Positions 15,652 to 32,414 of a stretch of DNA of 64,000 bases are shown here, piece by piece; within the stretch, counting starts at the first letter, position 1, and every line of letters starts with the position of its first letter. The stretch is taken from assembly GCF_009914755.1 (NCBI RefSeq), contig NC_060930.1, one strand, 5' to 3'. This DNA comes from the human T2T-CHM13v2.0 reference genome, Homo sapiens. A model generated the notes under the pieces. The model did not search any database, was not told the DNA's origin, and saw only the letters and a program-made list of their open reading frames with translations. The translations under genes were made by a program, and so were the position numbers.

Positions 15652-16240
15652 TCTCACTTGGCATTGTTTCACATGCAGGTAAAACTTGCCTATTGGAAGT
15701 TTCTTTAAATGTAATAAACCTACCTACAGTTTATTTCTGATAGCCTTTGGGATTTAAGAGAGAAAACCAATACTTTAATTGTTTTAAAATCAAGGAAGCA
15801 AAATATCTGTGGGAAGGTGAGCTACTTAGCATTCAACAATGCAAAGTTTCAAAGCATTTTGCAAATTTTAAATATACGCTATAATTCTTCTATAATTGGT
15901 GTCTTTGGTACTTTTTGGGTAAATTGGAGTTATTCCAAAATAATTATATTTTATAGCACTTTTGACACCATAACACTTAGCAGCAGGATTTTTAAATTAA
16001 AGTACTGTTTAGTTCTTTGCATTCTGTGATATTATGTGTATGGACAACTTTAATTGAAATGTCTAATTCTGGTAGAGGAGGAGATCTCATTAATTGAAAA
16101 TTATAAAAGGTTTCAAAAAGTAAGTATTTTTAAAATTGTATCTTTTCTTTTTGGTGTCCTTTTCAAAGAATAAATATTCTTAGTTGTGCCTCCGAAAATC
16201 ACTTACGGAGCAAATTGCACTTCGGGATTCTATACTTGTA

Positions 16241-16256
16241 CCAGTAGAGGTCACTG
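16241..16256 (+). promoter_or_regulatory. CTCF-like core motif
   Basis: ccagtagaggtcactg vs consensus CCASYAGRKGGCRS (1 mismatch). Confidence 0.35.
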
Positions 16257-16294
16257 TGCACCTATAAAAGGAAACCCAGTGCTTGCTTCTAGGG

Positions 16295-16366
16295 ATGAGC
16301 TAGTTATCCTAGAATGTTATAACTAATAACATGAGCTAGTTATCCTAGAATGTTATAACTAATAAC
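16295..16366. repeat. Perfect 36-bp tandem duplication
   Basis: atgagctagttatcctagaatgttataactaataac x2, identical copies. Confidence 0.98.
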
Positions 16367-17187
16367 AATCATTGATATTTCTGGGAACGTAACCAAATTC
16401 CCACCCCACTCCCACCTCACCTCTTAACAAAATCACTTGCCTGTTATCTATCACCTGAGAGTCACCTGTTACTGTCTGTCCACATAATGGAAGCGTATTC
16501 TGATGAGGTTAAGTAGAGCCCCGGCACACTGTCTCATAGTATACTTAGGTGAATCAGCCAAAGCACCAGAAACTATGATTTCACAGAAGCAGCCATTCAA
16601 ACTCTCAGTTTCAGAGTTTGAAAGAACTTTAACATTCATCAGATTCAGCATCTGAGATGGGGTTGGAGACTTTTTCATCTATTCTTAACATTTAATTTGC
16701 AAATCCAAAATTGTTTCAAAGGTATTCTTTTCAGTACTGTCGTCCATTTAAGAATGAGATTTTACTTATTAAAACTGTTTAGACGTTTACAGTATTATAG
16801 TGTCCATGCTACATAGTGTTTGATTCTCTGAGTGTCCAACAAAATATTCGTAGAATATTGTTTTATATGATTATCGCCACAGAGGTTTCTGATAACAGAG
16901 GAGTATGTGAGAACTGAACAAAATGCTGGTTTGTTATAAAACTGCAATGGTGCCCTTACCAGATAGTCAAAACAAATGTGTAAATCTCCAATCAGCCTTG
17001 TGCAATGACCCAAGTTCCTGTGAAGGTGGCTGTAAAAGGTGATAAAGGAATGTCGTGAATGGAGCAAGCAGCGGGGAATCATAGACCAATGTGATTGGGC
17101 CTCAGTTTACAGAAGGAGAATACAATGTAGGTGCTTTCATGGTTCCCTTCAGCTCTAACACTCTCATCTTCAGTGCAGAGGGCACAT

Positions 17188-17420
17188 TGCAGTGGTTAGC
17201 AACATGGGTCCTGGAGAGAGTGCCTGGATTTGAGTTATGACTCTGCCACTTAGTAGTCATGAGGTTATCTTATAGTTATCCTTTCTGCACCTGTTTCGAC
17301 ATCTGTAAAATGGGCTTGATACTAGTACCTGCCTCATAGCATTGTGGTATGCAGTCATTGAGTTATATAGGTAAAGTACTTAGAATAGTACATAGAATGT
17401 AGTAAATACTCAATCTGCTA
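17188..17420 (+). mobile_element. MIR
   Basis: cagtggttag..ctctgccacttagtag..catctgtaaaatggg..gtaaagtacttagaa. Confidence 0.8.
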
Positions 17421-17967
17421 TAATTGCATACCCATTTTTTTCCTAAATAGAACTCATGCTGGGATATGATAGCTGAATTCTTAAACCTCACTCTATTGAC
17501 TGCTCTCTGAGGATCAAAACAGAGTATATTCTGTGTTTTCACTAACTCTTAATGAATAACATCTATGTCAAGGAACCAGATGTGTATAGAATCTTTAATG
17601 ATTTAAATTTTCTCTACTTTTTTTTATTTAAAGCTCTTCCTGTGCTCATTCTTGTACAATGAGTTTTTTTTTTAAATCTGGAATTTTTTCTGTGGAGTAC
17701 ATAATCACATTTTTAGTTGCTGTTTTTAGTGACTCATATTGATGCTTTTTTTGCAATTAAATGTCCTAGTTTCAGTGAAAGTCACAAAATACAGTATTTT
17801 TTTCAGTATTTCTCTATAGCATTCCAATTTTTATAGTATTTTTTCACATTAGAAATCTGTTAGGTCATTTATAAGGCATTTGTGCATTTGTCTTCAACAG
17901 ACCCATTAAAAATTTTAAAGCAGTAATTTGATTATTCGTATTTGGACTCTCTATTAACTTTATTAAC

Positions 17968-18368
<401 letters not shown>

Positions 18369-18793
18369 TAGACACATTTTTGTAGGTATAAATTTGGTCT
18401 TGAAAGGTGAGACTGATACTAGCTAAAATTTTTATGTTCACTATATACTTTTAAACCCCGTATCCCTAAGCAATTATCTACATAGTCACTGCCTCTATGT
18501 AGGTGGGATAAACCAACTGTAGTGAGACATTTTGGTTCCAACTTGCTATCATCTATTATAGGTAGGTGAACTGGCAGAAAAATTACCCAAATGTGATGTC
18601 TCATAAACATCTGGCCTTTCTTTAGGGATGGTCAGGTTTCCCTAGACTAGATGGAAGGCCATGAACTACACCAACTTTCTGATTAACTTAAGAGCCATAT
18701 ATTTCTTAGGCCAAGGGTGTTAATAAGGTTGACCATGGTATTCCTTGAAATTATATGCCGTATTACCATAATACCCAAAAATCCGTGCTCAGA

Positions 18794-19086
18794 TTTTTTT
18801 ATTTTTTTAAAGATGGAGTCTTGCTCTGTCGCCCAGCTGGAGTGCAGTGGCGCGATCTCGGCTTACTGCAGCCTCCGCCTCCTGGCTTCAAACAATTCTG
18901 TCTCAGCCTCCCGAGTAGCTGGGATTCAGGCATGTGCCACCATGCCCGGCTAATTTTTGTATTTTTAGTAGAGATGGGGTTTTGTCATGTTGGCCAGGCT
19001 GGTCTCAAACTCCTAACCTCAGGTGATCCACCTGCCTCGGCCTCTCAAAGTACTGGGATTACAGGCATGAGCCACCACACCCGGCC
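18794..19086 (-). mobile_element. AluS, antisense
   Basis: Full dimer; TSD gtgctcagattttt. Confidence 0.95.
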
Positions 19087-19476
19087 TGTGCTCAGATTTT
19101 TAAATGAGTCACATGTGTGAATACTCCCTCTCACCACCTCCCCCCCACCCCAAAACACACACACACAAAGGTGAAACAGCCTGGAATAAAACATTCCGTA
19201 GTACAATATGATACCAGCTATTTCTTAAACATGATTGTATTTTAACTTCTATAAATCAGCTATCAAAGACAGAAGTAGGCCTCTTTTTTGTATGTTTCCC
19301 CCAGCTATATTAGGGTCTGTTATGTGTAGTGAGTCCAGAATGCTGAATTATGTCCAATAATCCAGGTGGTCTAATGGCTAGGAGACAGAAGGAACTTCTC
19401 CTGGAATATATGGCATCACCACCTGTTTTATAAATCTAAGTTACAGGTTGGTTTTTTTACAAGATAAAAAAAAATC

Positions 19477-19771
<295 letters not shown>

Positions 19772-19941
19772 GAATAATTACTTTTCACTGCTTTCCAGGT
19801 ATTTTATAAGTTTAATAACTAAGACTATTGGAGAGAACTTATTTTAGTTAACAGAGTGACATTGTATTGAGATATATTTTGCAAATAATTTGTTTATGGA
19901 GGCTCAGGAAATAGAACACTATTTAGGTCACTTTTCAGTAA

Positions 19942-20334
<393 letters not shown>

Positions 20335-20527
20335 TAATACAGTAATTTTATTGCATATTAATAGAAGTATTTGAAGGCAAAAATTAATTTCTTAAATTTA
20401 TGCTTGGGGATGACTGGCATTTCTTCTGGGTATATGGAAGCTCTAAGCTTGGAAAATACTCTGTATCATTTTAAAATTCTAAACTTTTAACCTGATTAAG
20501 ACTTGAATGAATGTATCATCCCTACAC

Positions 20528-20960
20528 TGAATGCATTCATTTATTCAGCAAACACATAGGCACCAGGCACACGCTAAAAGAAAGCAAGGTCTCTGCCCTT
20601 GAGGAATCCACAATGCAGTCAGGAAGGTAATTACTGGACAGAGTGATTGGCGCCATGGCAGAGATGTGGCAGCGTGCTGTGGAAATGCATCCATGAACCG
20701 TGGAAAGGGGTGGAGTAGGGAAGGCGATTAGAGAAATTGGCACTTGACGGGCGTCCTGCAGCTTGCTGGAAGTGAAGTGCATTTGCAGGGGTTACTGGAA
20801 GGCATGAAAGGGTATGGAGTGAATGGAGGGCAGGGAGTAGCTCTGCTTGGCCCCTCCGGTTGTGAGGGGCCCTCACTGCCCAGCTAAGAGCTTGCAGTTT
20901 CTCTTGTAGGCAGTAGGAGTCTATCAGCAGCAGGTGCCCTGGTTCAGATTACAGATACAT
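20528..20960 (-). mobile_element. L2 fragment
   Basis: cattcatttattcagcaaaca...gtctctgcccttgaggaatccaca is an antisense L2 3' end. Confidence 0.65.
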
Positions 20961-21284
20961 TCTTACCTCCTTAACTAGCAGAGTCATGTGAAACAGGAGT
21001 GGTCTCAGGAAAAAGGCTGAGAAAGCCAGAAATTGTCTTTCAATTCCCCCTCTATTTTGGGTCCCAGTACCCCTTTCTGCATTTTGGAACATCATCTCCT
21101 TAACCACCAGAGCCTTTATCACCTCCCCAGCCTTGATCAGAAAGGATCATATGCAAGGTCAAAGGGAGAAAGAATGATTTTACCTTACCTTTTTTATTTT
21201 ACGCGAACATCCCCTTCCTTCTGCCCAGACCTGTTCCACATGTAAAATTTTAGCTACAGCATTTTAATTTAGGGCATTTGGATG

Positions 21285-21478
21285 CTGTATGGGTAAAGAG
21301 CGTATCTTTGGAGCCTAATTTCTGTCTGTCCCTGGTCTTACAGCATCAGGCAAGTTACTCAGTTGCCCTGTGCCTCAGTTTTACATCTGTTTCAGAAGGT
21401 TATAACATCACATAATAGTGTGATGATACTTAGAATAGAACTGGCACATGGTAAGCATTTTAATACATGGTAACTATT
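21285..21478 (+). mobile_element. MIR
   Basis: ggcaagttact..ctgtgcctcagttt..cttagaatag..ctggcacatggtaagc. Confidence 0.7.
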
Positions 21479-21775
21479 TTTTTTTCATGATCTAGATTCT
21501 AGAGAAAAATGAAGACTACAGACTTTAGGAGTATCAGACCCTTCTTGTTGTTAATATTCATTCTTAAGATTTGAGTATCCTAGAAGATATATGGAAATGG
21601 AATTGGGGAGGGAAGCTTTAGATTTAAAAGTCTCCCTCTCTTTTTAGCAGTACTTGAATTTCAGGAAAGCATACATTTCACAATATGTGTGTATTGCTAA
21701 TGGGCTGGATATGGGATAAAACTAATGAAAGCCACGCCTTTGCCGTCTTGCATTATTTATTCAAAACCAGACAGC

Positions 21776-22554
<779 letters not shown>

Positions 22555-22863
22555 AAAACCAGATAGCATTGTTGTGCATAAACATGTAGAAAAGTAAGGA
22601 GGGAAAAAAAGTAGCCATTCAAGAAATAAACCAGTAGCAAGGACTGGGTGAACATATTTGTGTAGGGATATTATTTGAGGGTGTTACTACTCAAGAGTTC
22701 ATGTGCTCTTTTTACTGTGCTGGAAGAGGCAGAGGTAGAGACAAGTCTCTGTGGAGGAAAAGGAGGGCGCCTTGTGCTGAGAGAAGCCAAGATTGCCCTC
22801 GAAGAAGTGGCTCATGCTAGGGAGGGAGGTGACTTGGAGGTAAATGAACTGAAGCAGCTCCCC

Positions 22864-22940
22864 GCAGCCCTGGATACCCTTGAGCATGATGCTGAATGCA
22901 GCCGTGGATACCCCTGAGTGTGATGCTGAATGCAGTCGTG
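22864..22940. repeat. 34-bp tandem repeat, about 2.3 copies
   Basis: gcagccctggatacccttgagcatgatgctgaat / gcagccgtggatacccctgagtgtgatgctgaat / gcagtcgtg. Confidence 0.9.
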
Positions 22941-23624
22941 TGCTGCAGGTGATGAGCAACATGGTTGTAGTGAGAGGCTCCAAGCTCTGTGGAACCTTCA
23001 CATTCTTTTATTAGAGTTTGTCTTGCAAGAGGAAGGGCAAATAATAGCAGGCCGTGAGGCTGAGTCTGGAGGCACAAAGTCTGTCGGAGATTCTTGAATG
23101 AATTGGCCTTGGGATTTAGCAACTTTGTGGGTCATAGATCAAAGAAAATTAGAGCCAGAAGGCAGTGAAAGATTTTCCAGCCCATGAATAAGAACTCAGT
23201 ATGTCAAATTGGGGAGAAGAGGAGGGAATTTGAAAAGCACATTTAACGTGCTTTGTTTCATAATGCAAAATAAAGCTTTTTAAAATCGTCATGGTTGAGG
23301 GAAGATATGTGGAATCTGATAATGTGGCAAATGATTGTAGGGGACTTAGGTTAGCAACAGTTGTGAAATGATGACAGCTCGCCTCTCTGCATGGTTTCAT
23401 CTATAAAGCAGGAGTGAAGATAGGTGTTTACAGTAAGCATCAAATGACATGATAGGGCAAAAATTCCTTGGAAATTTGGGGAAACTTAATACAGCTTTTG
23501 CAAATGAATGGTGCTGTTTGTTTTGTTGCTAGAAATCACATTCTCAGTGTCAGGGAGTTGAAGATAAAACAGAATTCCCTCGGGTTCTTTTTAAGTGAAT
23601 GAGCGAGAGAAAAGGGGCATTAGA

Positions 23625-23772
23625 GATTGAGTTGCCAGGCTTCACAAATGAAAATACAGGACACCCAGTTACTTCTGAATTTCAGATAAATAATGAATAA
23701 TTTTTTAAATATAAATATGTCTGAAATTTCATCTTAACCGGGCATCCTGTATTTTATCTTGCATCCCAATTA
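23625..23772. mobile_element. MER53 palindromic MITE, internally deleted
   Basis: gttgccag..aaaatacaggacacccagtt..tgaatttcagata...ccgggcatcctgtattttat. Confidence 0.85.
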
Positions 23773-23994
23773 GAAACCTAAAATCACAGCAGAGCCAGGA
23801 CACGGACTGATGGCTCAATGTCCTAGAATGTTTATGGATTTCACCTGTGCCCTGGGCCTCGCTGGACTTTTCTAGATATCTACAAGTGGCGGCTTGCTCT
23901 CTTTCTCCTCATCCCAGTACTGTGGAGTGTGGCTACAAAAGGTTTGAAGGCGTTACTGATCATTGTGGTGGTGTCAGTGATATTGTATAATAAT

Positions 23995-24205
23995 TGTAAT
24001 AATTTCTACGTATTGAGTACTTGCTATACTGGATGCTTTACGTAAATTAATTTATCCTTATAACAACCACATGAGAATAGGCACTATTATTTCACTTCAC
24101 AGATGAGGAAACAACCAGTTTAGCCCAAGTTACACAGCTAATTTGGGCAAAAGGTGGGTTCTAACTGAGGAGTGTCTGATGGCAACTCCTGTGTTCTTAA
24201 CATCC
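23995..24205 (-). mobile_element. MIR, antisense
   Basis: tattgagtacttgcta..cacagatgaggaaac..gcccaagttacacagcta. Confidence 0.75.
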
Positions 24206-25962
24206 GTTCTACATGGTTTGGATTAAGAGAGTTTGTAGCTGACCCTATGATGGAAATTCATTGAGGGCTTGTGTCCTTTTTCTTCATGATCTGTGATGTG
24301 AATTTCTCTTCATAACCAGACTGTGTGTTCAGATCCCATGCTCTGCCATTTGTCTTTTCAGATTTTGAGTTATTTCACTTTGCCTAAAATAATACTTCAT
24401 CTTGCTAATGAAGCCTGTAGATTTCAGCATGAGATGCATTCTTAATAACCTGGAAAAGTATGTAGGGACGTACAAAATCCTATGTGGGTCTGGATCCAGC
24501 ATTTATCTATTGACTATACACAGATTTTGTAATGAGTTATATCAAATTAAAGAATGGAAATCCTTGTTGAAAAATATTTTATCAACCAAATTATGTTTAA
24601 AGCTATTTTTATGTTCTTTCAGCTCACTGACATGTAACCAACTTCTCCATCTGATTTCACTTCTGCCGTGTTCTTGAAGATTTTAAAAAAGGGGACAGTT
24701 GGTTGACTATAAAACACAGAATCTATTTGTATTCAAGATCATCGATTTAAGTTTGACAAACTAAAAGAATGTAATGTTCTACTCATTTGTATGGCCAGTG
24801 TCTACCCAGTAAGCTTTTTCAGTCTGGAACATTTTTAGTTTTCCTAGTGATTATAGCTTAGATTTCAGCTGTATTGAATTTCTAGAGAGATTTTTAGTGC
24901 AACTAAAACTCATGTTAAAACTCATGTGTACCTTGACCAGCTTTCACCATGTGAGCCCTCTTCTCCCCAAATAATTGTGTCTCTTGGACCAAGTTCAAAG
25001 CTCCTGAGAGCTCCTGTGTGCTCTGTGTCCTGCAAGGCTTTGTCTTTGTCATCTTTTTCATTTTTAAATCTACACTTGACAGCTGCATGTGACATTTGGG
25101 AAATTGCTTTCAAAATCTGGCATTTGGGGTTTAGTAGCCAATTTAAATATATAAGAAAACCATATCTTTTAAAATTTTTTCAGTTGAAAGCATTTGCATT
25201 CAGTATCTTTTAAACAAGGAATAAAATGAACGAGCAAGGACAAAAGGATCCAATATTGTTTAGTATCTTTTGATAACATTTTGGTAAGATGCCTGAGAAA
25301 TATTCCAATGCAGTTCAATACAATTCTCCAATAGAAACTCAAAATATAAAGTGACAGCTGTAAATTTGAAGTAGATAAATTGTGAAATCTAGGAAATTAA
25401 ATATACATGTTTGGTACCATTTTTGCAGAACCCATTTATATGTAGGTTCTTAAGTAGAATTACGTTAAGTAATAGTAGTAATAATAATAATAAATAATTC
25501 ATTGGAGAATGATCAGGAGAGAAAGTTTGCAAATTAACGACGGCAGAGCAAGTGAAGGAATTCCATGCATGTATAAATAATTTTGCCTTAAGGTTTGAAA
25601 CTGTTGTCATGGTCAGAGGTATTTGCTGTTGCTTTGCTAGATCATTTTTTTGCACTAATTATTGTGGAGTCCTTTATCAATTTGGGAACCTATGAAGCCA
25701 GTTTTGCCAGTTTGGCTGTGTATATCCATGAGCTAATTTTTAGATATTGCTGGTAGCAACTTGATATCCCCAGTGCTTAGCAAAATGCCTGACCATGCCT
25801 AGCTCTCAGTGAATATTGTTGAACTGAAATTAAATGGCCTGGTGGGAGTGTTCATATTCCTTATAATTTAAAAGGGAAATAAAAAGGTATTTCTTTTCAC
25901 TTTACATGTCCTCCTTAAGAAATGTAGGAATAGAAAATTTGAGATTCTGAAATATTTCAGTG

Positions 25963-26087
25963 GGGCCAGGCACAGTGTCTCACGTTTGTAATCTCAGCCC
26001 TTTAGGAGGCCTAGGTAAGAAGATAGATTGAGGCCAGGAGTTTTGAGAGCAGCGTGGGCAACATAGTGAGATCCTGTTTCCATAAAA
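25963..26087 (+). mobile_element. FLAM / Alu left monomer
   Basis: ggccaggcacagtg...gggcaacatagtgagatcctgttt. Confidence 0.85.
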
Positions 26088-26396
26088 TGACATAATAAAA
26101 CTTTACATCCAACTCAATATTAGAGAGAGATTTTGGCAGAGTCATCTTCTTCCACTGTATTTTTCCAATAGGGGAAATCCCACTTTTATAATTGAAATCA
26201 GTGAGAAAAAAATAAAATAAAATTTGAGGTATAGTGAATTTTACTAGAATATGTTCCCCTACAGTAAGAGTTATATCTACAGAGCAAAGTGTCTCAAAGA
26301 ATAGACCCACTGAATATAAACAGCAAAGCATTTTGGAAAATGTGTTTATACTCAGTAGTTTGTTTAATAACTATTTATTGAGTGTCTGTTATTACC

Positions 26397-26456
26397 ATTT
26401 AAAATTTCAACTTTTAGGTTCATGGGGTACATGCGCAGGTTTGTTGCATGGGTATA
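26397..26456 (-). mobile_element. Short L1PA/L1PB 3'-end fragment
   Basis: ttttaggttcatggggtacatgcgcaggtttgttgcatgggtata. Confidence 0.75.
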
Positions 26457-26930
26457 GAAGTTTTTTTTACAGTAACTAACAGTGTTGAGTCCGGTTGTCC
26501 TGGCTTTTTATTTTCCTGTTAATTTGACTTCCATGAGGGTACTGTACAGAGACATTTTTGGCTAAAAGATTCTGGCTCGGGAATCTTGCCTGGTTACTGA
26601 GAAAAGTTTAAAGTTATATGGAAAAAATCTTGTAATTCTCCAACCCACATTTTCTGCTTCCAATGAAGGTAAATTGTTTTATCTTTAAGCAATCTCTTAG
26701 TGGTGCCTTTGGAATCTGCCAGCCTTCCTCCCATTAGCATTTGTGCCTCTGATGGTATAACCTGAAATAGAACAGGGTCACTGCTGTGCCTTTGTTATGT
26801 TGAACTTTTACTCAAAATTTATCTATTCTTATTTAAGGCCCAAGATAAGTAGGTAAAATTCACTTTGGTCAAGCAGAGATTCTTTATCACATTACTTAAA
26901 ATTAGCATGACTGAATGTCCCAGGTTGCCT

Positions 26931-26976
26931 CACTCTAGCATGCCTGTCACTCTAGCATGCCTGTCACTCTTCCATG
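26931..26976. repeat. 17-bp tandem repeat, about 2.7 copies
   Basis: cactctagcatgcctgt x2 plus cactcttccatg. Confidence 0.92.
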
Positions 26977-27254
26977 CACAATACATTGTATGGTCATCAC
27001 ACTTTTAACTAGTGAAATCAGATGAATACAATACAGTAATCACGAGTCATACAACAACACATGAAATTTGAACCATTTAGAAAGGAGACAGGAGTTGTCA
27101 GAATTTGGCAGACGTGTGTCCCTATATACACAAGTATGGCGTGGGTATCAGCCAACTCTGAAGTGGAAGTCAGATGTAGCAACTTTCTGGTTTCTTTGAG
27201 GAGGATTGATAGGTAGCTGATGCCCCAGAATGGCTCTTAACCTTGAATTAGACA

Positions 27255-27395
27255 TCTATTTCAACACACATTTGTTGAGTGCCTGTAGGTACCTGGTGCC
27301 ATGGGGAGCAGTAGATACAACAGTGGACAGAGGAGATGTGGCCCCGCCCTCATGGAGTTGATCGGCCTTGTCCAAACTACATAAACAGGTCACTG
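27255..27395 (-). mobile_element. L2 fragment
   Basis: ttcaacacacatttgttgagtgcct...gccctcatggagtt. Confidence 0.65.
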
Positions 27396-28094
27396 TAAAA
27401 CTTTAATTTTACTTTTAAACCAGAGGCATAGGCTGCACGTGTACAGTGTGCAAACTAAGTTATATTCTCCCCAACCTCATATCCTTAACACATCTCTTTA
27501 TTGGACCATTAAATTCAGTGTGGTGCTTCTGCGTGAGGAAACAGCTTGGGAGTTGTGATCCACTGAGTCAGCTATGCATTTGGAATGGCTGATGCCTACT
27601 CTGCTAGCATCGTAGCCTTCAAAGAGACCATCAGAATGTTCATTGTGATGAGCACTTGAGAACAAAACAAACCGATGGTTTGGTTCCAGAACCATTTAAA
27701 CAGTCAGGTACTTATTTAAAGTCACTTGCCCAGGACTTTCCTTTATTCCTAAACATGGCTGGTAAAAACCAGAAAGTGACTACCAGAGGCTCCTGCACAG
27801 CCAAGACGTTGTGACAAGATGGGTTTTGGAGGAGCAAATAGAGGATTAAAAGAGGCAGGCCTTTTGGGGAAGCCAGGCGATTGTGGCCTGGGGAATCGGT
27901 CAAGGAGGGTGTGAGCAACCAGGTCCAGGGGCTTGTTAGGGTGTGTCAGGCCTTCTGAGTGTTGGTGGGATGTGTGTATGAGTGGGCAAGAGCTCCCAGG
28001 TGTTGACAGGCAGATAGATGGACAGGGTCAGCAGGGCCGGCTTCCTCCTGGTCAGCATGATTGCAGACAGGTTTCTTCCGAAGCCCACGTGTGA

Positions 28095-28789
<695 letters not shown>

Positions 28790-29300
28790 TGATTTTCTAG
28801 TTCACAGTAATTACAGAGATGAGGCTAACAGTGTGTCCCATAGAGCAAGAAACTCCACCATCTAGTCCAGTGACTATACCAGCATCTAGTGCAGAGCTGA
28901 CAGCAGCAAGCAGTAACAGCTTTACATTGTGAAATAAGACAGAAAACTCTTAACAAATAAAGACCAAAGACAAGCCAAGGCCTGGTATCTTACTATGTCC
29001 AAATTTGCCACTGCAGACTGAGTTGGATTTGTATTGCAGTTGTAATTGAAGTTCTGAAAAATTATCTTATGTGGAATATCTCATTACTCAACATTGCCAA
29101 AAACTGAAATTTAATGCTTATTGTAGACAAATTATCTAATTTCCAAGTTAGTTTTTATGTGTAAACACAACCAGAAATTCACTTTGAATGCTGAAGCCTG
29201 ACTTTTTTTTTCTGGTTGATTTTCAAGGAACCAACTTATCTTTTTTATGTTTTAGAAATATGAGGGATATGGCTATGGCCTTGACTTTTTTGTTGCAAAC

Positions 29301-29363
29301 AAGTTGGTGCAAAAGTAATTGCGGCTTTTGCCATTTAAAAGTAATGACAAAAACCACAATTAT
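29301..29363. mobile_element. MADE1 (Hsmar1 MITE), right end missing
   Basis: gttggtgcaaaagtaattgcggcttttgccatt..aatgacaaaaaccacaatta. Confidence 0.92.
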
Positions 29364-30215
<852 letters not shown>

Positions 30216-30512
30216 ACTGTCATTATTGTATTTGTTTCGAAGGACCAGGTATACTCTAGGCTTAGTCATCTCTTTAAAGATTGTCTTATGAGCCATTCTG
30301 TACTCCCTGCACTCCTGCCAATCCACAGTTGTTGCCAATCCACAAGCTGGCCCAGACTTGAGGGAGGAAAGGAGGAGGATCACTGTGCTGCCCGAGGACG
30401 TAGGGATCTGGGCCTACAGGGAAGTGCCACAGAGTATTCAGGAGAGATGAATGGGTGATAGGGAAAATGTACACTCAACAGTAGCTATTAAAGGAAAAGG
30501 GCTTGGATTTTA

Positions 30513-30740
<228 letters not shown>

Positions 30741-31838
30741 TCACTGCTGACCTCCAATAGCCCTGTCTGGAAGCAGTCTGTTTTCCTACAGTAGGTCTCA
30801 CACAGCTCTAGACTACAATTATTTGGGTGGATATTTCATTTTTCATTTTATATCAGCCTTATAGTGTGTATGTATATAGTGTTGATATTCCTATCTGAGG
30901 AACAAACTGAAAGCATCTTCTGTATATTAGACTTGAAGGTTCTGCAAGAATCTCAATGAGGAATGCATGTGGTTGTGTTCTGACTTGTTTCCAAAGTCCA
31001 GATACCTGTGCTCTCCTAAGCAGGCTGCCAGTGACCACCAGCACCCTTCCATGCAGCTGCTGCAGCATTCCTTCCACAGCAAAAACACTTGGCAGCAAGC
31101 AGGTGATAAAACCTACTTTTGGGGAAAGTCTGGAACATTCCCGATGTTCCGCAAGGAAATCCTGTCTGTAATTACCACTCTTTATTATACTGAGCTGAAA
31201 ATATTCATCACATATCATCATAAGTACTCAATTAGGTTGAATATTTGTATACAGTAAAACTTAGGCACAGACACATTTGCGTTAAGTGTAAGGGAGCACT
31301 TAGTAATCGTACTCCTGTCTTTATGAGGAAAACCACTCGATGGCACAAGGAAAATGTTGGAAGGATTGTGTATGTTTGTGTTTGGGGTGGGAAATTTTGT
31401 CTTTCTTTTTTTCTTTTTTTAAAGGATATTGCATGTCTTTGTAGAATCCAGAAACCAGAGCCTCAGTGGGGCTGGGAGCAAGACTCAGCTGGGGATAATC
31501 ATGAGTGGATTAAGCAAAGGGCAGGTGGCAGTGGGTGGGGCCAGGAGAGAAGACTTGGCTCAGCCACTCCTAGTGCACCCTCAGGGGAAGGTGAGGACCC
31601 AGTGGGGTGAGGACTGACCAAGGTGTAGATGTGTGGATTGAGTGTGAGCACACAGTAAGTAAAGCCTTGAGAGTGAGGGCTTGAAGAATGACTGGGACAC
31701 AGGTTATGGGTTTGTTCAATGTTGGTGGCAATATTACCTTTATAATCTTCTAGAGGGAAAGAGCCACTCGAGGACGAGGGAGTTAAGGTAATGAACTGAC
31801 TGTGGGATTCTCAATACTCTCTGCTTTCTCAATAATAG

Positions 31839-32211
<373 letters not shown>

Positions 32212-32414
32212 TTAACAGTTAAAGATGAGGAAGTAGCATTCTTCTATACAGATGTCACAGCTGGGTTTCAAAGAAAGCGGGAATTGGAAAATTGGGGATC
32301 AGATTTTGGCTGGGCCATATTGCCTTAGACTATTGTCACCCCTGAATCAGTTTCTCATACTCAAGGCAGCCTTAATAACTGTCTTGCAGAAATGGGAATA
32401 TAAAAGGGTACCTT

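Noticed and set aside
16295-16366. 36-37-bp direct repeats (here and at 7251-7324) as CRISPR-like repeats
   Set aside because: The copies are adjacent with no spacers, there are only two units, and the context is eukaryotic with no cas genes.
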